Part shown: positions 20,101-29,566 of the stretch, piece by piece | How the letters are laid out: every line of letters starts with the position of its first letter | How positions within the stretch are numbered: the first letter of the stretch is position 1 | Assembly (NCBI GenBank): GCA_963787445.1 | Contig: CAWBCT010000005.1 | Span: 448,001 to 512,000, forward strand | DNA length: 64,000 nt | Source: an uncultured archaeon | GTDB lineage: Archaea; Micrarchaeota; Micrarchaeia; Micrarchaeales; CABMGC01 | Direction: 5' to 3' | Made by a program: the position numbers and the translations under genes | Notes under the pieces: generated by a model | What the model was told of the DNA's origin: nothing | Database searches by the model: none | The model's input: only the letters and a program-made list of their open reading frames with translations

Positions 20101-20244
20101 CGTTGGCGGGAAGATCAGGCCGAAGATGAAGCCGAGAATCCCGATCTCGATTATGTGCATGTTTGTTTTCTTAAGAAGCGCAAGAGCTAGGAAGAAGCCC
20201 GGAACCATTATCGCCAGGAAGGCTATTATAATGTCTAATATCAT
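17167..20244 (-). CDS. aglB: Oligosaccharyltransferase AglB (STT3 family) with N-terminal extension
   Basis: EFDPYF, TVQE, SWWDYGDWI, DNS; about 16 TM helices. Confidence 0.92.
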   Translation of the reverse strand: MILDIIIAFLAIMVPGFFLALALLKKTNMHIIEIGILGFIFGLIFPPTMIWAEAYLIPVSSFFSFSAGLYNINVIILTIIGLILCYWQGALDPAYWSSLIRRNGSGKEYRSTSADYRQRVSELRAKISHLGVDMKILREHEREEKTLAEGHENEMRLLRESGAGSEEIESVKKTHAGQERRLYEEHEREEYGLISREDTKKSNMPIVWMLLLLLMLVSFASRVVNLSVPSSVTHFFEFDPYFDMISTQYILTYGYQLVYSHSAWPTLVNGTIQSIQPIVPYLEAYWYQIAAGAPGTAQISTSLLSTTSSVYPPITAALLVFVVFMYVYHEYGEYPALIAAALAAAMPTLISTFIAGEQLLEPWGIFALFFFFATYLLAVRNPDEKRYAILAGIAFVSTFLGSHYYTVDAGILALYIVVQGLIDVLRNKNSLSFYKMNAIVIGVIVLFYILYSPYTTAITDSIPSVVGIPTIVAFPLFALLIVAVFEYVPTLAKKYGIIKKVEKITYYEWLGVLALLVILLILFTPLGKPVKDYYSLSVHFTTPSIPLFMTVQEYAITGITFNFGSNGFGIIGASTFGLPLIIFLVLILFGGVSLYTIIKNDSKTGVLNLVIIGLLALAGLSEVKYLPHFGVAYILAIGILVGEAALYIKKNHATDIRYTYALYGFFVLVVLLEAMSLVSVFAAAANPSCSALSNANNTNVLGLNLYCNTVPQAWLYATAWMSANVGPYAPRILSWWDYGDWINWFGNSNAVIRGDNSVATLDYKVAAHYVLGVNDSYGPKDLGTFMDSVQAGYVLFDDQLIPKWSALDFLACVNVNQTSQAYASAQGQLYGQPFLTGTSQCEISHDPVDINIPASPQISDYCSFSNASVTAIKAVLTVGEVIPQLVNQTYCVQTTANAQGLLPVYTPNGTLTNIVISPGQLFYNGERQFTQGGPLYINFMALYLPNGPNDTVTNAPSDFYNSNYYRGFFFGKLPGFTLVYPESFKGLNLNDTNQIMIFKLNNFTGTLPVVVPKPSYVNNNYSIPG

Positions 20245-20381
20245 ACAAACTCCACAGTTTGTCTGGATTCACGCGTTAGCTATATGTATAAAACGTTTAA
20301 ATACCTATAATTCTGCGGGAAAGTTTGAGATTAGTATGCTGTAAGTATAATTAAATATTTGCCTATTATTTGTGGTTTACC

Positions 20382-21488
20382 ATGGACTCTGAAGTTGTAG
20401 TGATCGGCGCCGGAACAGCGGGACTAATAGCGGCGAAGCGGCTGGGCGGCTACGGGATAAGCACCACCGTATATGAGCGCAAGGCGGTCCCAGGCATCCC
20501 GGTGCGCGCATCCGGCATACTTTCGTTAAGCGGACTTGCCTCGCTCGGAATATCCTACAGGAGCACCGTCACCAACACGCTGACCGGAGCGATAATACAC
20601 GCAGGGAGCGCCTCCCTCAATGTAGATGCGAAGGAGCCCATAGCCGTGGCGCTCGACCGCAGGAAGCTGAGCGAGGTCTGCCTTGACGAGGCGAAACGCG
20701 CAGGGGCAACAATAAAGGTAAACAGCAGGGAGAGCGTCTCCTCATTCGCAGAGTCGGGCAAGATAATAGTCGGGGCCGACGGGGCGGTGTCGGACGTTGC
20801 AAAGCATTTCAAGATGGGGGCCATAGGCAAGTACGCGCTGACCTACAAGGCGACATTCGCAAAGGATTGCACAGGAAACCACATGGTAGAGCTGTTCTTT
20901 GACAACAAGGTGGTTCCTGGCCTGTTTGGCTGGCTCTGCCCAAACAGCAAGGATGAATTGGAGGTCGGGATAGGCATAGAAAGCGGGAAGGGCAACGCAA
21001 AGGGCGCCTATGACCTATTCCTGAAGAAGAAAGAGGTCAGCGAGGCGATAGCCGGGGCAAAGCTGCTGGAGGGGCACGCCAGCGTGATACCGATGCGCCT
21101 GCGTGAACACCTTGTTGATGAGAGACACAAAGTCCTGCTCGTTGGCGATGCCGCGGGGCAGGTTAAGCCCTCAACAGGGGGCGGCATAATATTCGGAGGC
21201 AACGGCGCCATTCTTGCTGCAGATACGATAAATAACCATCTGAAGAAAGGGACCCCGCTTTCCACCTACGAAAAGGCCTACTTGAGAAAGTACGGAAAGG
21301 AGACAAAGCTTCATTCCATCGCGAACAAGCTGTACGGCAGGATGGGAGAGAGGAGCGCCACCAGCCTGATAACTGCGATGAATGTGCTTGGAGTGGGCAA
21401 ACTGCTGGGGAGAATTGGCGAGATGGACATGCCAAGCCAGATGCTGAGGAACCTGATAAAAGGCCGACCGAAGCCAACTCCGGCCTAG
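20382..21488 (+). CDS. Geranylgeranyl reductase family flavoprotein
   Basis: VIGAGTAG, LDRRK, GADGA.S, FGWLCP, VGDAAGQVKPSTGGGI. Confidence 0.88.
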   Translation: MDSEVVVIGAGTAGLIAAKRLGGYGISTTVYERKAVPGIPVRASGILSLSGLASLGISYRSTVTNTLTGAIIHAGSASLNVDAKEPIAVALDRRKLSEVCLDEAKRAGATIKVNSRESVSSFAESGKIIVGADGAVSDVAKHFKMGAIGKYALTYKATFAKDCTGNHMVELFFDNKVVPGLFGWLCPNSKDELEVGIGIESGKGNAKGAYDLFLKKKEVSEAIAGAKLLEGHASVIPMRLREHLVDERHKVLLVGDAAGQVKPSTGGGIIFGGNGAILAADTINNHLKKGTPLSTYEKAYLRKYGKETKLHSIANKLYGRMGERSATSLITAMNVLGVGKLLGRIGEMDMPSQMLRNLIKGRPKPTPA

Positions 21489-21542
21489 GAAGCCCGAACC
21501 TATCTATAAAAAATCAACGGTCGATATATCTTCGGGCTGTTT

Positions 21543-22871
21543 ATGACTACTCGTGTGGACTCTAGGATCAAGAACCTGATAGAACGAGACAAAAAAGTGA
21601 TGCTCACAACCACCCGCTCCTCTTATCCCTTCGTCCCCGTCAAGGGCTCCGGAGACACCGTGACCGACATCTCCGGAAACAAGTTCATCGACTTCTCCAG
21701 CTTCATCGCAGTATATACCCTGGGCGTGAACACAAATGCATCGGTGCACGCTGCGGTCAAAAAACAGGTCGATAAGCTTTCACATGCCGCATTCACGGAC
21801 TTTTACGGAGAGTTGCCCGTGGAATTCGCGGAAAATTTAGTTAAGATGTTTCCAAAAGGTTTCGGCAAGGTATTTTTCTCAAACTCCGGAACAGAAGCCA
21901 ATGAGGCTGCGATAAAGTTTTCAAGATTATTTACCAAGAGGCAGTACACTCTCTCATTCTACAACTCGTTCCATGGCCGTACTCTTGGATCTTTGTCGCT
22001 TACGGCGTCGCGCATAGTCCAACGCGAGCACTTCGGACCATTCAACAGCACAATACACGTCCCCTATGCCTACTGTTACCGGTGCCCGTTCGGCAAGGAG
22101 TACCCCTCCTGTGGTATGGCCTGCGTTGATTACATAAAGAAATACCCGCTTCGCGAAGAGGTTCCTCCAAAAGAGGTTAGTGCGGTGTTCATTGAACCGA
22201 TACAAGGCGAAGGTGGCTACATCGTTCCTCCAAAGGAGTTTGTAAAAGAGATAAAGAAGATCACCACTGACAACGGGATGCTTCTAGTGGCCGATGAAAT
22301 ACAAACAGGATACCTGCGAACAGGAAAGTTCCTAGCGCTGGATCATTTTGGAGTCGAGGCCGACATATACACGATGGCAAAAGGGCTCGGCGGAGGTCTC
22401 CCGATAGGTGCGACCATAACGAGAAGCTCGCTCGGCGACATTCCAAGGGGGGCACATGCAAACACATTTGGCGGGAACCTGGTCTCTGTCGCAGCGGCGA
22501 ATGCCTCACTGTCCTATCTGAACAAGAACAAGGCAATGTTGGTAAATGCGGTGAACAGGAACTCAAAAATAATCTTCAAGCGCCTTGAGAATATGAAGGA
22601 GGAGTACGAGATAATCGGCGATGTGCGCGGAATCGGGATGATGATAGGCATAGAGCTTGTGAAAAGCAAGAAAACAAAGGAGCCAGCGATAGACGAGCGA
22701 GAGACGATAGTAAAGCAGGCATTCAACAACGGCCTGATCCTTCTGACGGCCGGAATATCCGTAATACGCGTTATACCACCCATAACGATCTCGGCAGAGA
22801 ATCTTGAGAAAGGGCTGAACATACTTGAGGAAGCGATAAAGACGGCCAATGCTTCTCTAAAAACTAAATGA
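21543..22871 (+). CDS. Class III aminotransferase (acetylornithine/4-aminobutyrate-type)
   Basis: NSGTEANE, SFHGRT, EPIQGEGG, DEIQTG, MAKGLGGG (PLP lysine), NTFGGN. Confidence 0.93.
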   Translation: MTTRVDSRIKNLIERDKKVMLTTTRSSYPFVPVKGSGDTVTDISGNKFIDFSSFIAVYTLGVNTNASVHAAVKKQVDKLSHAAFTDFYGELPVEFAENLVKMFPKGFGKVFFSNSGTEANEAAIKFSRLFTKRQYTLSFYNSFHGRTLGSLSLTASRIVQREHFGPFNSTIHVPYAYCYRCPFGKEYPSCGMACVDYIKKYPLREEVPPKEVSAVFIEPIQGEGGYIVPPKEFVKEIKKITTDNGMLLVADEIQTGYLRTGKFLALDHFGVEADIYTMAKGLGGGLPIGATITRSSLGDIPRGAHANTFGGNLVSVAAANASLSYLNKNKAMLVNAVNRNSKIIFKRLENMKEEYEIIGDVRGIGMMIGIELVKSKKTKEPAIDERETIVKQAFNNGLILLTAGISVIRVIPPITISAENLEKGLNILEEAIKTANASLKTK

Positions 22872-25800
22872 ACCTACTTAGGTTGAACTGCCCCGTGGTG
22901 GCAGTGCCATCATCCTGCATTATGAATGTAGAGTCAATCTCATCCTTCACCAGCGCGAGCCTCTGCCTTATGTAGGCATCGAGCTCGTAGCGGTCTGCCA
23001 GGTTTATCGCCATGTTGAGATATTTCTCTATGCCACCCTTGGATATCGTCAGCAGAAGTTTGCCGCCGTCGCGCGTGCACTTTCCTGCAAGAGGCACCCT
23101 CCTGTATTTTGCATTGCACGAGGCGCAGCGGAACTGCTGCCTTGAAAATGAGTGGAGGTTTCCTATGAGGTCCGGAATGAAGTGGCTGGTTATGACTCTC
23201 CTCGCAGCATCCTTCTTGTTCACTGCGTAAATCTTGTTCATCAGCGAGAACTCTGCGTCAACCTTCTCCTGCATCGTCTTGAGCTGGGTGTAAAGCGTCC
23301 TCTTCGGCGCATCGGCAATGGCATTCGCAGAGCTTGCATGCGTGAACCAGATATTCTGGGACGAGGTTGCCGTCTTCAGCTTGTTTCCAACAAGATCAAG
23401 CTTAACTTCAGAAGGAGAAGCGTAAACATAGCTCTTCTCATAGAGCTCCATCGGATACTCCTTCATCGCTTCCATCTCATGGACCTCGTCGTCAATCTCA
23501 TCCACATGCACATTAAGCGTCAATATCAGCGGGGTGTCCATCGTCCCTCCAACCGTGAGAGGCAGGAACTCCTTTGAGAAGTTTATCAGTGCATCAAGCA
23601 GAAGCATCGTGGTGTCTTCGTCGCCGTCGCAGTTCCTTCTCCTCGCGCAGATCGTGTAAGGGTGGGCGAATCCTATGTTTGCATCCGTGAAACCGATTAT
23701 CCTGCCCAGCACTGCGCAGGAAGTGTGCGGCGCAAGCGTTATGACCAGCGTGCCCACGAGGTCGCCGATGCTCATCGCATTGTAGTAGCGTCCCATCCCG
23801 TAAAGGCCCTCAAGCATCTGGTCAACGAAGCGCGAGACCTTCAGCATATAATCTGCACCCCTCCGGTTTAGTATCACGTCCTGATGCCTAAGCTCAACTA
23901 ATTGCTCCTCGTTTGTCAGCTCGTTGCCCTCAAAATCCCTCTCATAACCCAGTGCCCTTAGCTTTTCCACAGGGACGCCAATCTCCTTGGGATAGAAGTG
24001 CGTTATTGGGACGTCAGTGGCATCAAAACGCGCTGTCCCGTCCTTGAATATGTAAACCCCGTTCTGCGTTCTCAGTATGCCTTTCTCGAGGTGCTCTGCA
24101 ACCTTGTTCTTGTTCGATAGCCCCTGCACACCCTTTATCACGTCGGGTATCTTGTTTATCCCCAGTCTCTTCATGCTGTGTCCGACTACACTGTGCAAAT
24201 CAATGCTCCTTTCAGAAGCACCCATCGTATCCGTGTTGCACCTTGGGCATTTTGTGCCCACCGTAACTGTAAAGCACTTCGGGCACTTGCGTTCCAATGC
24301 GGCCCGGGCATCGCAGTCATAGCAATACTGCGTGTCTATCGTTCGCAGGCACTTCGGGCACTTGTAGTTTGCTATCTCGGCAGTAAGTCCCGACTTGAGT
24401 TTCCGCGAGTCCAGGTTGTAGGCCTTGGTTATGTTCCTGTCCTTGCTGGCATGGGAGCCAACCGGGAAAAGCACATTGACTGCGGGTTTCATCAATCGCT
24501 CCTTTGACTTCTCCGGCCTTCCTATCCTCCCGCCAAGGAAGGTTGAGCGCTTCATTAGCTTTACGGAAGAGACCGCATTGAGCATCGCTATCTGGTCCTG
24601 GGTAATATCATATTTTGCCGGGACTCCAGCCGGCATCGCCATGACACCGTCTGCGCCTGCAAAGCCCAGAGAGACAAGAAGGCTTCTGGCATGGTCCCTA
24701 CTGATTACTATATGGCTCTGTTCTATTTTGTGTGGGACATTAATGAGTTCAAGGGAGCGTTTAATTATCGGCTCGTTTGTAAGCACAATCTTTTCCACTT
24801 CCGAAAGTTTTCCTTTCCTGAGTTCTTCCGAAATAGAGATTATCGATGCAAGGTCTTGAAGTTCCGTAGAACCAATCGCCTGGAACTCGTACAAGTATCT
24901 AGGGTGCAGTGGCACTCCGTGCTTCAAAGATAATTCATAGGCTTCATCAAAACCAAGCTCCCTGTTCTTCTGGACAACACCGGCCTTCTCGAGCTGGGCC
25001 TCCCAGATCTCCTCAACATAGCTGCTTGGCTGGAGGTGGGTGTTGGTCTTCTTGAAGTCGCCGTAGGTTATCAGTATATCACCCAGCGAAAGTATCTCTT
25101 CCACCTCGCCCTTAACCTCCCTCGCCATCTTCGCATCATTTATGCGCAGGGCTTCTCCGGACCGCAGCCTAACGAATGGGCCTTCAATGCTGTCAACAGG
25201 CATTGCCACGCAGCCCTTTCCAGGAAGCTCCACCTTGAGCTGGGTCCCGCTGGCTATGAATCCGTCGCAGATGAGCATCGTAGCCGGGCTGAAGCCCTTC
25301 GCGGCTATCCCTGTAAATCTGCTTCTCCCGTAACGCAGTCTTAGTCCGCCAACATATCCCGGATATGCAATCACCGGCCTTCCCGCAACAAGCTCCTCCA
25401 AAAATACCGCAACGCCCTTCTTCTTCTCCGAAGGATCCTTCTTCACGTCCGTTTTTATAACTCCGGCAAGCCAGCCCCAGTCCAATCCGGCCTCTTTCGT
25501 CTCCTTAACCATCTTCTTTGCCTTCTGCGCTATGCCCTCACAGGTTACCAGCGCGATCCCTCCCCTGACCTTGTTTGTTATCGGCGTTGTCTTCCCGTCC
25601 TTGTCAAGCCTGGAGAGATTTGCATGCACACCAACCTCTATCTGCTCTGTCGGGACCCCGTCTATGCAAACCTGGCAGTTCTTCAGCACTGTCCTTATGT
25701 CATCATCGCTTGGTCTGTACTGCAACCTTGCGCAGCGCGTGTGATAAAGTTCTATCTCCTCCACGCACCTCTCCACTTCATCGTTGGTCGCCTTATACGG

Positions 25801-26298
25801 CCCAATGTTGAGAAGCTTTCTCGAGAAATCTGCCAAAGCAACCGAGAGTGCTGCTCCAGTTCCACCTGCACCACGTATCGGCCCGGCATAGACCACTGCG
25901 ATGTATTCTGTCCCATCGGGGTTTCTATACACGTTAACCGTGCTTATCCCTTCCGTAGGCGCCACCAGCACGCCCTCTGTTATTATCGCCGTGCCGATCT
26001 TCACAGCAAGCTCTACGCGTCTTACTTTTTCATAATTCGAAAACGACTCTTCAGTGCAGATCTCCTTCGCTACCGCAAAAGCAAGCGCACTCCTGGTCTT
26101 GCCCTCCTGCTTCTTGCGTATGAGGTCCGCTATGCCTTTTATGTCAATGAGTCCCTCAACCCTTCCCGCAAGATCCTGCGCAGGAATAACCTCAACGTAG
26201 TCTTTTGGATCAAAACCCTTTGACCTGGCGTTCTTTGCCACCCCGTAAACTTTCTCGAACTGCTCTGAAAGTGCTGAAAAATAAGTTTCGGTGTCCAT
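22864..26298 (-). CDS. polC: DNA polymerase D large subunit DP2
   Basis: TEGVLVAP, YAGPIR, RLRYGRSR, FKDGTARFD, RRNCDGDED catalytic motif, zinc fingers; start at MDTETY; no intein. Confidence 0.97.
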   Translation of the reverse strand: MDTETYFSALSEQFEKVYGVAKNARSKGFDPKDYVEVIPAQDLAGRVEGLIDIKGIADLIRKKQEGKTRSALAFAVAKEICTEESFSNYEKVRRVELAVKIGTAIITEGVLVAPTEGISTVNVYRNPDGTEYIAVVYAGPIRGAGGTGAALSVALADFSRKLLNIGPYKATNDEVERCVEEIELYHTRCARLQYRPSDDDIRTVLKNCQVCIDGVPTEQIEVGVHANLSRLDKDGKTTPITNKVRGGIALVTCEGIAQKAKKMVKETKEAGLDWGWLAGVIKTDVKKDPSEKKKGVAVFLEELVAGRPVIAYPGYVGGLRLRYGRSRFTGIAAKGFSPATMLICDGFIASGTQLKVELPGKGCVAMPVDSIEGPFVRLRSGEALRINDAKMAREVKGEVEEILSLGDILITYGDFKKTNTHLQPSSYVEEIWEAQLEKAGVVQKNRELGFDEAYELSLKHGVPLHPRYLYEFQAIGSTELQDLASIISISEELRKGKLSEVEKIVLTNEPIIKRSLELINVPHKIEQSHIVISRDHARSLLVSLGFAGADGVMAMPAGVPAKYDITQDQIAMLNAVSSVKLMKRSTFLGGRIGRPEKSKERLMKPAVNVLFPVGSHASKDRNITKAYNLDSRKLKSGLTAEIANYKCPKCLRTIDTQYCYDCDARAALERKCPKCFTVTVGTKCPRCNTDTMGASERSIDLHSVVGHSMKRLGINKIPDVIKGVQGLSNKNKVAEHLEKGILRTQNGVYIFKDGTARFDATDVPITHFYPKEIGVPVEKLRALGYERDFEGNELTNEEQLVELRHQDVILNRRGADYMLKVSRFVDQMLEGLYGMGRYYNAMSIGDLVGTLVITLAPHTSCAVLGRIIGFTDANIGFAHPYTICARRRNCDGDEDTTMLLLDALINFSKEFLPLTVGGTMDTPLILTLNVHVDEIDDEVHEMEAMKEYPMELYEKSYVYASPSEVKLDLVGNKLKTATSSQNIWFTHASSANAIADAPKRTLYTQLKTMQEKVDAEFSLMNKIYAVNKKDAARRVITSHFIPDLIGNLHSFSRQQFRCASCNAKYRRVPLAGKCTRDGGKLLLTISKGGIEKYLNMAINLADRYELDAYIRQRLALVKDEIDSTFIMQDDGTATTGQFNLSRFI

Positions 26299-26303
26299 TC
26301 TGA

Positions 26304-27821
26304 TCACATATTGAAGTCTACCCCGACCATCGTACCTTTCTTCATCTGGTATATTGGAAGAATGCACGGGGTCGGCATGTGACCCAGCTTTGTCTGGTAC
26401 TCTGTCTTTGACTGCCAGGTGCCGCTGTTCACTATCTGCGTCCCGTGATACTCCGCGCTCCCATTCTTGTGCACGTGGCCCATGTGAAGGATATCTGGGG
26501 CCTCGGTCATCACAAGCCCGTCGCTTTTGCTTGGCGTTATCGACTTCATCCCGTAGATTGGCGAGATGTGCCTGCGCTTCAGCATCTCTATCATCGCGGT
26601 CTCGGGCCGGCTGTAGCTGCATCCGGCTATCCCGTGTATGACCGAGTCGAGCGAGGTGCCGTGGTAGGAGAGCACCTTCAGCCCGTCCAGCGTGACGTAG
26701 GAAGGGCTTGAGAGCATATGCACGTTGCTCCTCCTGAACTCCTTAATTATGTCCTTGCTCAAAACGGGCTGCGGGTCCGCAAGCTGCACTGCGTCGTGGT
26801 TTCCGGGTATCACAAACGTCTGTATGTAATCGGGAACATCCTCCAGGAACTTGAAGAAGTAGGAGTACTGGTCATAGATGTCAAGTATCGTGAGCTCTTT
26901 GTCCTGCTCCGGATACACCCCTATCCCGTCCACCAGGTCCCCGCCAATCATCAGGTACTTTATCTTTCCCGCAAGCTCCCTGTCCTTGTCGACCCTGCCG
27001 TTGAGCCAGTCTATGAACTGCTTGAACTGCTTTTCCATGAACAGCTTGCTGCCTACGTGGATGTCGGAGGTGAAGGCTATCGCGAGATCATCAACACTTT
27101 GCTTTCTTGTGTGGACGGGAACGTCCGGCCAGATGAGGCTGCTTGCGATTATGAACGGCGAGACTATCTTGCCCTTAACGGCTATGACCTCGTCCGTCAC
27201 TATCTTTGACGCGGAATCAAACAGCGCGATCATCTCCTTGCTGTTCCTGATGTCAGCCTTGCTGAAGATTATCTTTGCCGTGCCGTTCTCATCCTCTATG
27301 TTAAGCATCAGGTTGCCCTTCTTGGTTATGAACTTCTCATAGACCATCCCTATGACCGTGACCTCCTTGCCGTCGGTGTACTGGGAGATCTTGTCCGTGC
27401 CTATGACCAGGCCGAGATTCCTTGTGTAGGTGAGTATCTCCCTGAGTTTCTTGTACCGGTCGTTGAAGTAGGCGGTAAAATCTGCAACCGTGCCCCCTAT
27501 CTTGTCTGCCTCAATATTCCTTATCTTGAAGTCAGGCTCGAGCTCCTTCGCCAGCGGCTTGAAGTCTGAGGATTTTATGACCACCACCGTCTCCTTTTCT
27601 TGCGGTGCCCTTGCCTCCCTGATTTTTTGCAGCGCTTTCCTGTCCAGCAGCTTCATCCCCTCCTTTCCAGAGAAGAAAGCACGTATCTCCGCGCAAAGCG
27701 CATCAAGCGACTCGCCCTCCAGGTCCTTCTCGGTGAGCCCCGTCGCCACCATTATCTGCCCGTCAAGCTTTTTGTTGAGCCCAGAAATAGTTATGTTCGC
27801 CAGCGTACTCACCAAATGCAA
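26304..27821 (-). CDS. polB: DNA polymerase D small subunit DP1
   Basis: OB fold plus SDIHVGS, GDLVDG, PGNHD, YHG, RRH..P, GHVH, NSGTWQ; start may be GTG 27812. Confidence 0.95.
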   Translation of the reverse strand: MHLVSTLANITISGLNKKLDGQIMVATGLTEKDLEGESLDALCAEIRAFFSGKEGMKLLDRKALQKIREARAPQEKETVVVIKSSDFKPLAKELEPDFKIRNIEADKIGGTVADFTAYFNDRYKKLREILTYTRNLGLVIGTDKISQYTDGKEVTVIGMVYEKFITKKGNLMLNIEDENGTAKIIFSKADIRNSKEMIALFDSASKIVTDEVIAVKGKIVSPFIIASSLIWPDVPVHTRKQSVDDLAIAFTSDIHVGSKLFMEKQFKQFIDWLNGRVDKDRELAGKIKYLMIGGDLVDGIGVYPEQDKELTILDIYDQYSYFFKFLEDVPDYIQTFVIPGNHDAVQLADPQPVLSKDIIKEFRRSNVHMLSSPSYVTLDGLKVLSYHGTSLDSVIHGIAGCSYSRPETAMIEMLKRRHISPIYGMKSITPSKSDGLVMTEAPDILHMGHVHKNGSAEYHGTQIVNSGTWQSKTEYQTKLGHMPTPCILPIYQMKKGTMVGVDFNM

Positions 27822-27954
27822 AAAGCAGTAGAGATTATGCTAGCGCAATAATTTATAGACTCTGCAAGTGAGCGTATCTTTAAGGTAGCGAGTGGCAGTA
27901 AAAATCGAAACTGCCTCCTTCTTATCTTATGTAAATTTGAGATTTTTCCTAGGT

Positions 27955-28338
27955 CTAATGATGAGGCTGTAGAAGGTTAACCCTATTGCCCTCGGTATCA
28001 AAAAACGATAAAAATAGTCCAATATCTGGCATATCCATTATCTTGCCAGAGATCTTCCCCCCAGCTTTAATGATCTTCTCCCTGTAGGCTTTGATATCAT
28101 CAACTTGTATGGTCACGGTTGTCGTCTGTGCTACGTTCCCGGTCTTCTGGTAGAAACCGCCATTTATTGTGCCAGGCTTCTTCGGCATGTCATTTTCAGA
28201 TTCTGTCGTATTGACAGTGACAAAACTGCCCATCTCTGGCCCAAGCTGTTTTGTCTCCCACCCGAATGTTTTTGAATAAAAGGCTATCATGCGCTTTCGG
28301 TCTTCTGCCGGCATCTCAAAGTGTACCACGGGGTCCAT
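27955..28338 (-). CDS. VOC / glyoxalase-bleomycin resistance family protein
   Basis: VVHFE.PA.D..R...FY...FGW, INGG, V.DI, DTEGN. Confidence 0.88.
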   Translation of the reverse strand: MDPVVHFEMPAEDRKRMIAFYSKTFGWETKQLGPEMGSFVTVNTTESENDMPKKPGTINGGFYQKTGNVAQTTTVTIQVDDIKAYREKIIKAGGKISGKIMDMPDIGLFLSFFDTEGNRVNLLQPHH

Positions 28339-28375
28339 TCTATCACGCTATAAATCTAGAGTTGGGTTAGAGAAG

Positions 28376-28645
28376 CTAGTCCTTCACCGATTCCAGCGAG
28401 CTCAGGATGTTCCAGATCACCGTGCGCGCATAGGGCGGCAGGTTTATGTCGTTGCTGACCTCGTCTATCTTGTAGGTAGCCCCGGAAGCCCTCACAGAAT
28501 AGCTTTCCTTCGTCTGGTCCAGAGACTTCTTCGCCTCTTCCAGCGCAGCCTTCACGTTCCTCGGGACGCTGTTGTCGTTTATCAGCATCTCGATCTGCTG
28601 CCTGATTTGTGCAATGCTTTCGTCAATTTTCTTATCTTCTGCCAT
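28376..28645 (-). CDS. UPF0147 family protein
   Basis: D.SVPRNV, D.NLP.YART.IW. Confidence 0.9.
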   Translation of the reverse strand: MAEDKKIDESIAQIRQQIEMLINDNSVPRNVKAALEEAKKSLDQTKESYSVRASGATYKIDEVSNDINLPPYARTVIWNILSSLESVKD

Positions 28646-28662
28646 ACTAACACACCTTTATT

Positions 28663-28750
28663 CGGGCCCGGCGGGATTTTCAAAACTTTTTTGAACCCGC
28701 GATCCTCAGATTAGAAGTCTGTCGCTCTATCCAAGCTGAGCTACGGGCCC
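28663..28750 (-). tRNA. tRNA-Arg(TCT) with 13-nt non-canonical intron in the T-loop (59/60)
   Basis: Minus strand: GGGCCCG TA GCTC AGCTTGGATA GAGC G ACAGA CTTCTAA TCTGA GGATC GCGGG TTCAAA[AAAGTTTTGAAAA]T CCCGC CGGGCCC G. Confidence 0.9.
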
Positions 28751-28752
28751 TC

Positions 28753-29499
28753 TCACAATATTAGACCGAAGTAGTCTTTAAGGGTTTCTATTATCTTAAA
28801 ACCCACATCCTCTGGGGTCATCTCCTTAAAAGCCGCAATCCTTTCTACCGTCTTCCTGACATCTGAGGGGAACTTGCCCACCGCTGGCGCGTCAGTCTCG
28901 GTCACCAGGCTTTCAATGCCAACGGCCTTCACAACGCGCTTCAGCCTGCTTGATTCTATCGGCGGTATCGACATGAGGTAGCCCCTCTTCTCAAGCATCA
29001 GCGCATCCTCCTCGTTCCCGCTGAAGAAGTGGAACATCGCCTTCTGGATCGAGTTCTCCTCAAGCATCGTAACCACATCCGCGAGCGTTCCCCTGGAGTG
29101 TATGACCACGGGCATGTTCAGGTCGGCAGCGAGCCCCAGCTGGTTTGAGAAGAGCTCCTTCTGCACATCCATCCCTTTCCTTTCCATCGCCCTGCTGTCA
29201 AGCCCTATCTCGCCGATCCCAACGATCTTTCTGTTGCCTTTCACCAGCGACCTGAGCTCCTCAACGAACTCGCTTCCCGGCACCGCTTCTTCGGGATGTA
29301 TCCCAAGGACTCCAAAAACACCGTCGAAACGAAGGAGCCCGGCAATCCTGCGGTTGCTCTCCATGGTGGTTCCCGCGGTGAGCATCGCAACCACGCCATC
29401 TTTTCTGGAAGAGGCTATGGTCTCCTCGACATTCTCGTACATTTCAAGGTGGCAATGGGCATCGGACAAAGGATATCCTGCAACCGTCGCGCCATCCAT
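28753..29499 (-). CDS. TatD family deoxyribonuclease
   Basis: DAHCH, GIHP, GEIGLD, IHSR, FHF, ETDAP. Confidence 0.92.
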   Translation of the reverse strand: MDGATVAGYPLSDAHCHLEMYENVEETIASSRKDGVVAMLTAGTTMESNRRIAGLLRFDGVFGVLGIHPEEAVPGSEFVEELRSLVKGNRKIVGIGEIGLDSRAMERKGMDVQKELFSNQLGLAADLNMPVVIHSRGTLADVVTMLEENSIQKAMFHFFSGNEEDALMLEKRGYLMSIPPIESSRLKRVVKAVGIESLVTETDAPAVGKFPSDVRKTVERIAAFKEMTPEDVGFKIIETLKDYFGLIL

Positions 29500-29566
29500 T
29501 AGAACACCAAACCGAATAAACAGCCCACTCTTTATATTACTTCTTTCCTAATATAAACCCGATAGA

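Noticed and set aside
26299-26622. Apparent N-terminal extension of DP2
   Set aside because: It is an alternative frame of the DP1 3' end; the DP2 start is MDTETY at 26298.
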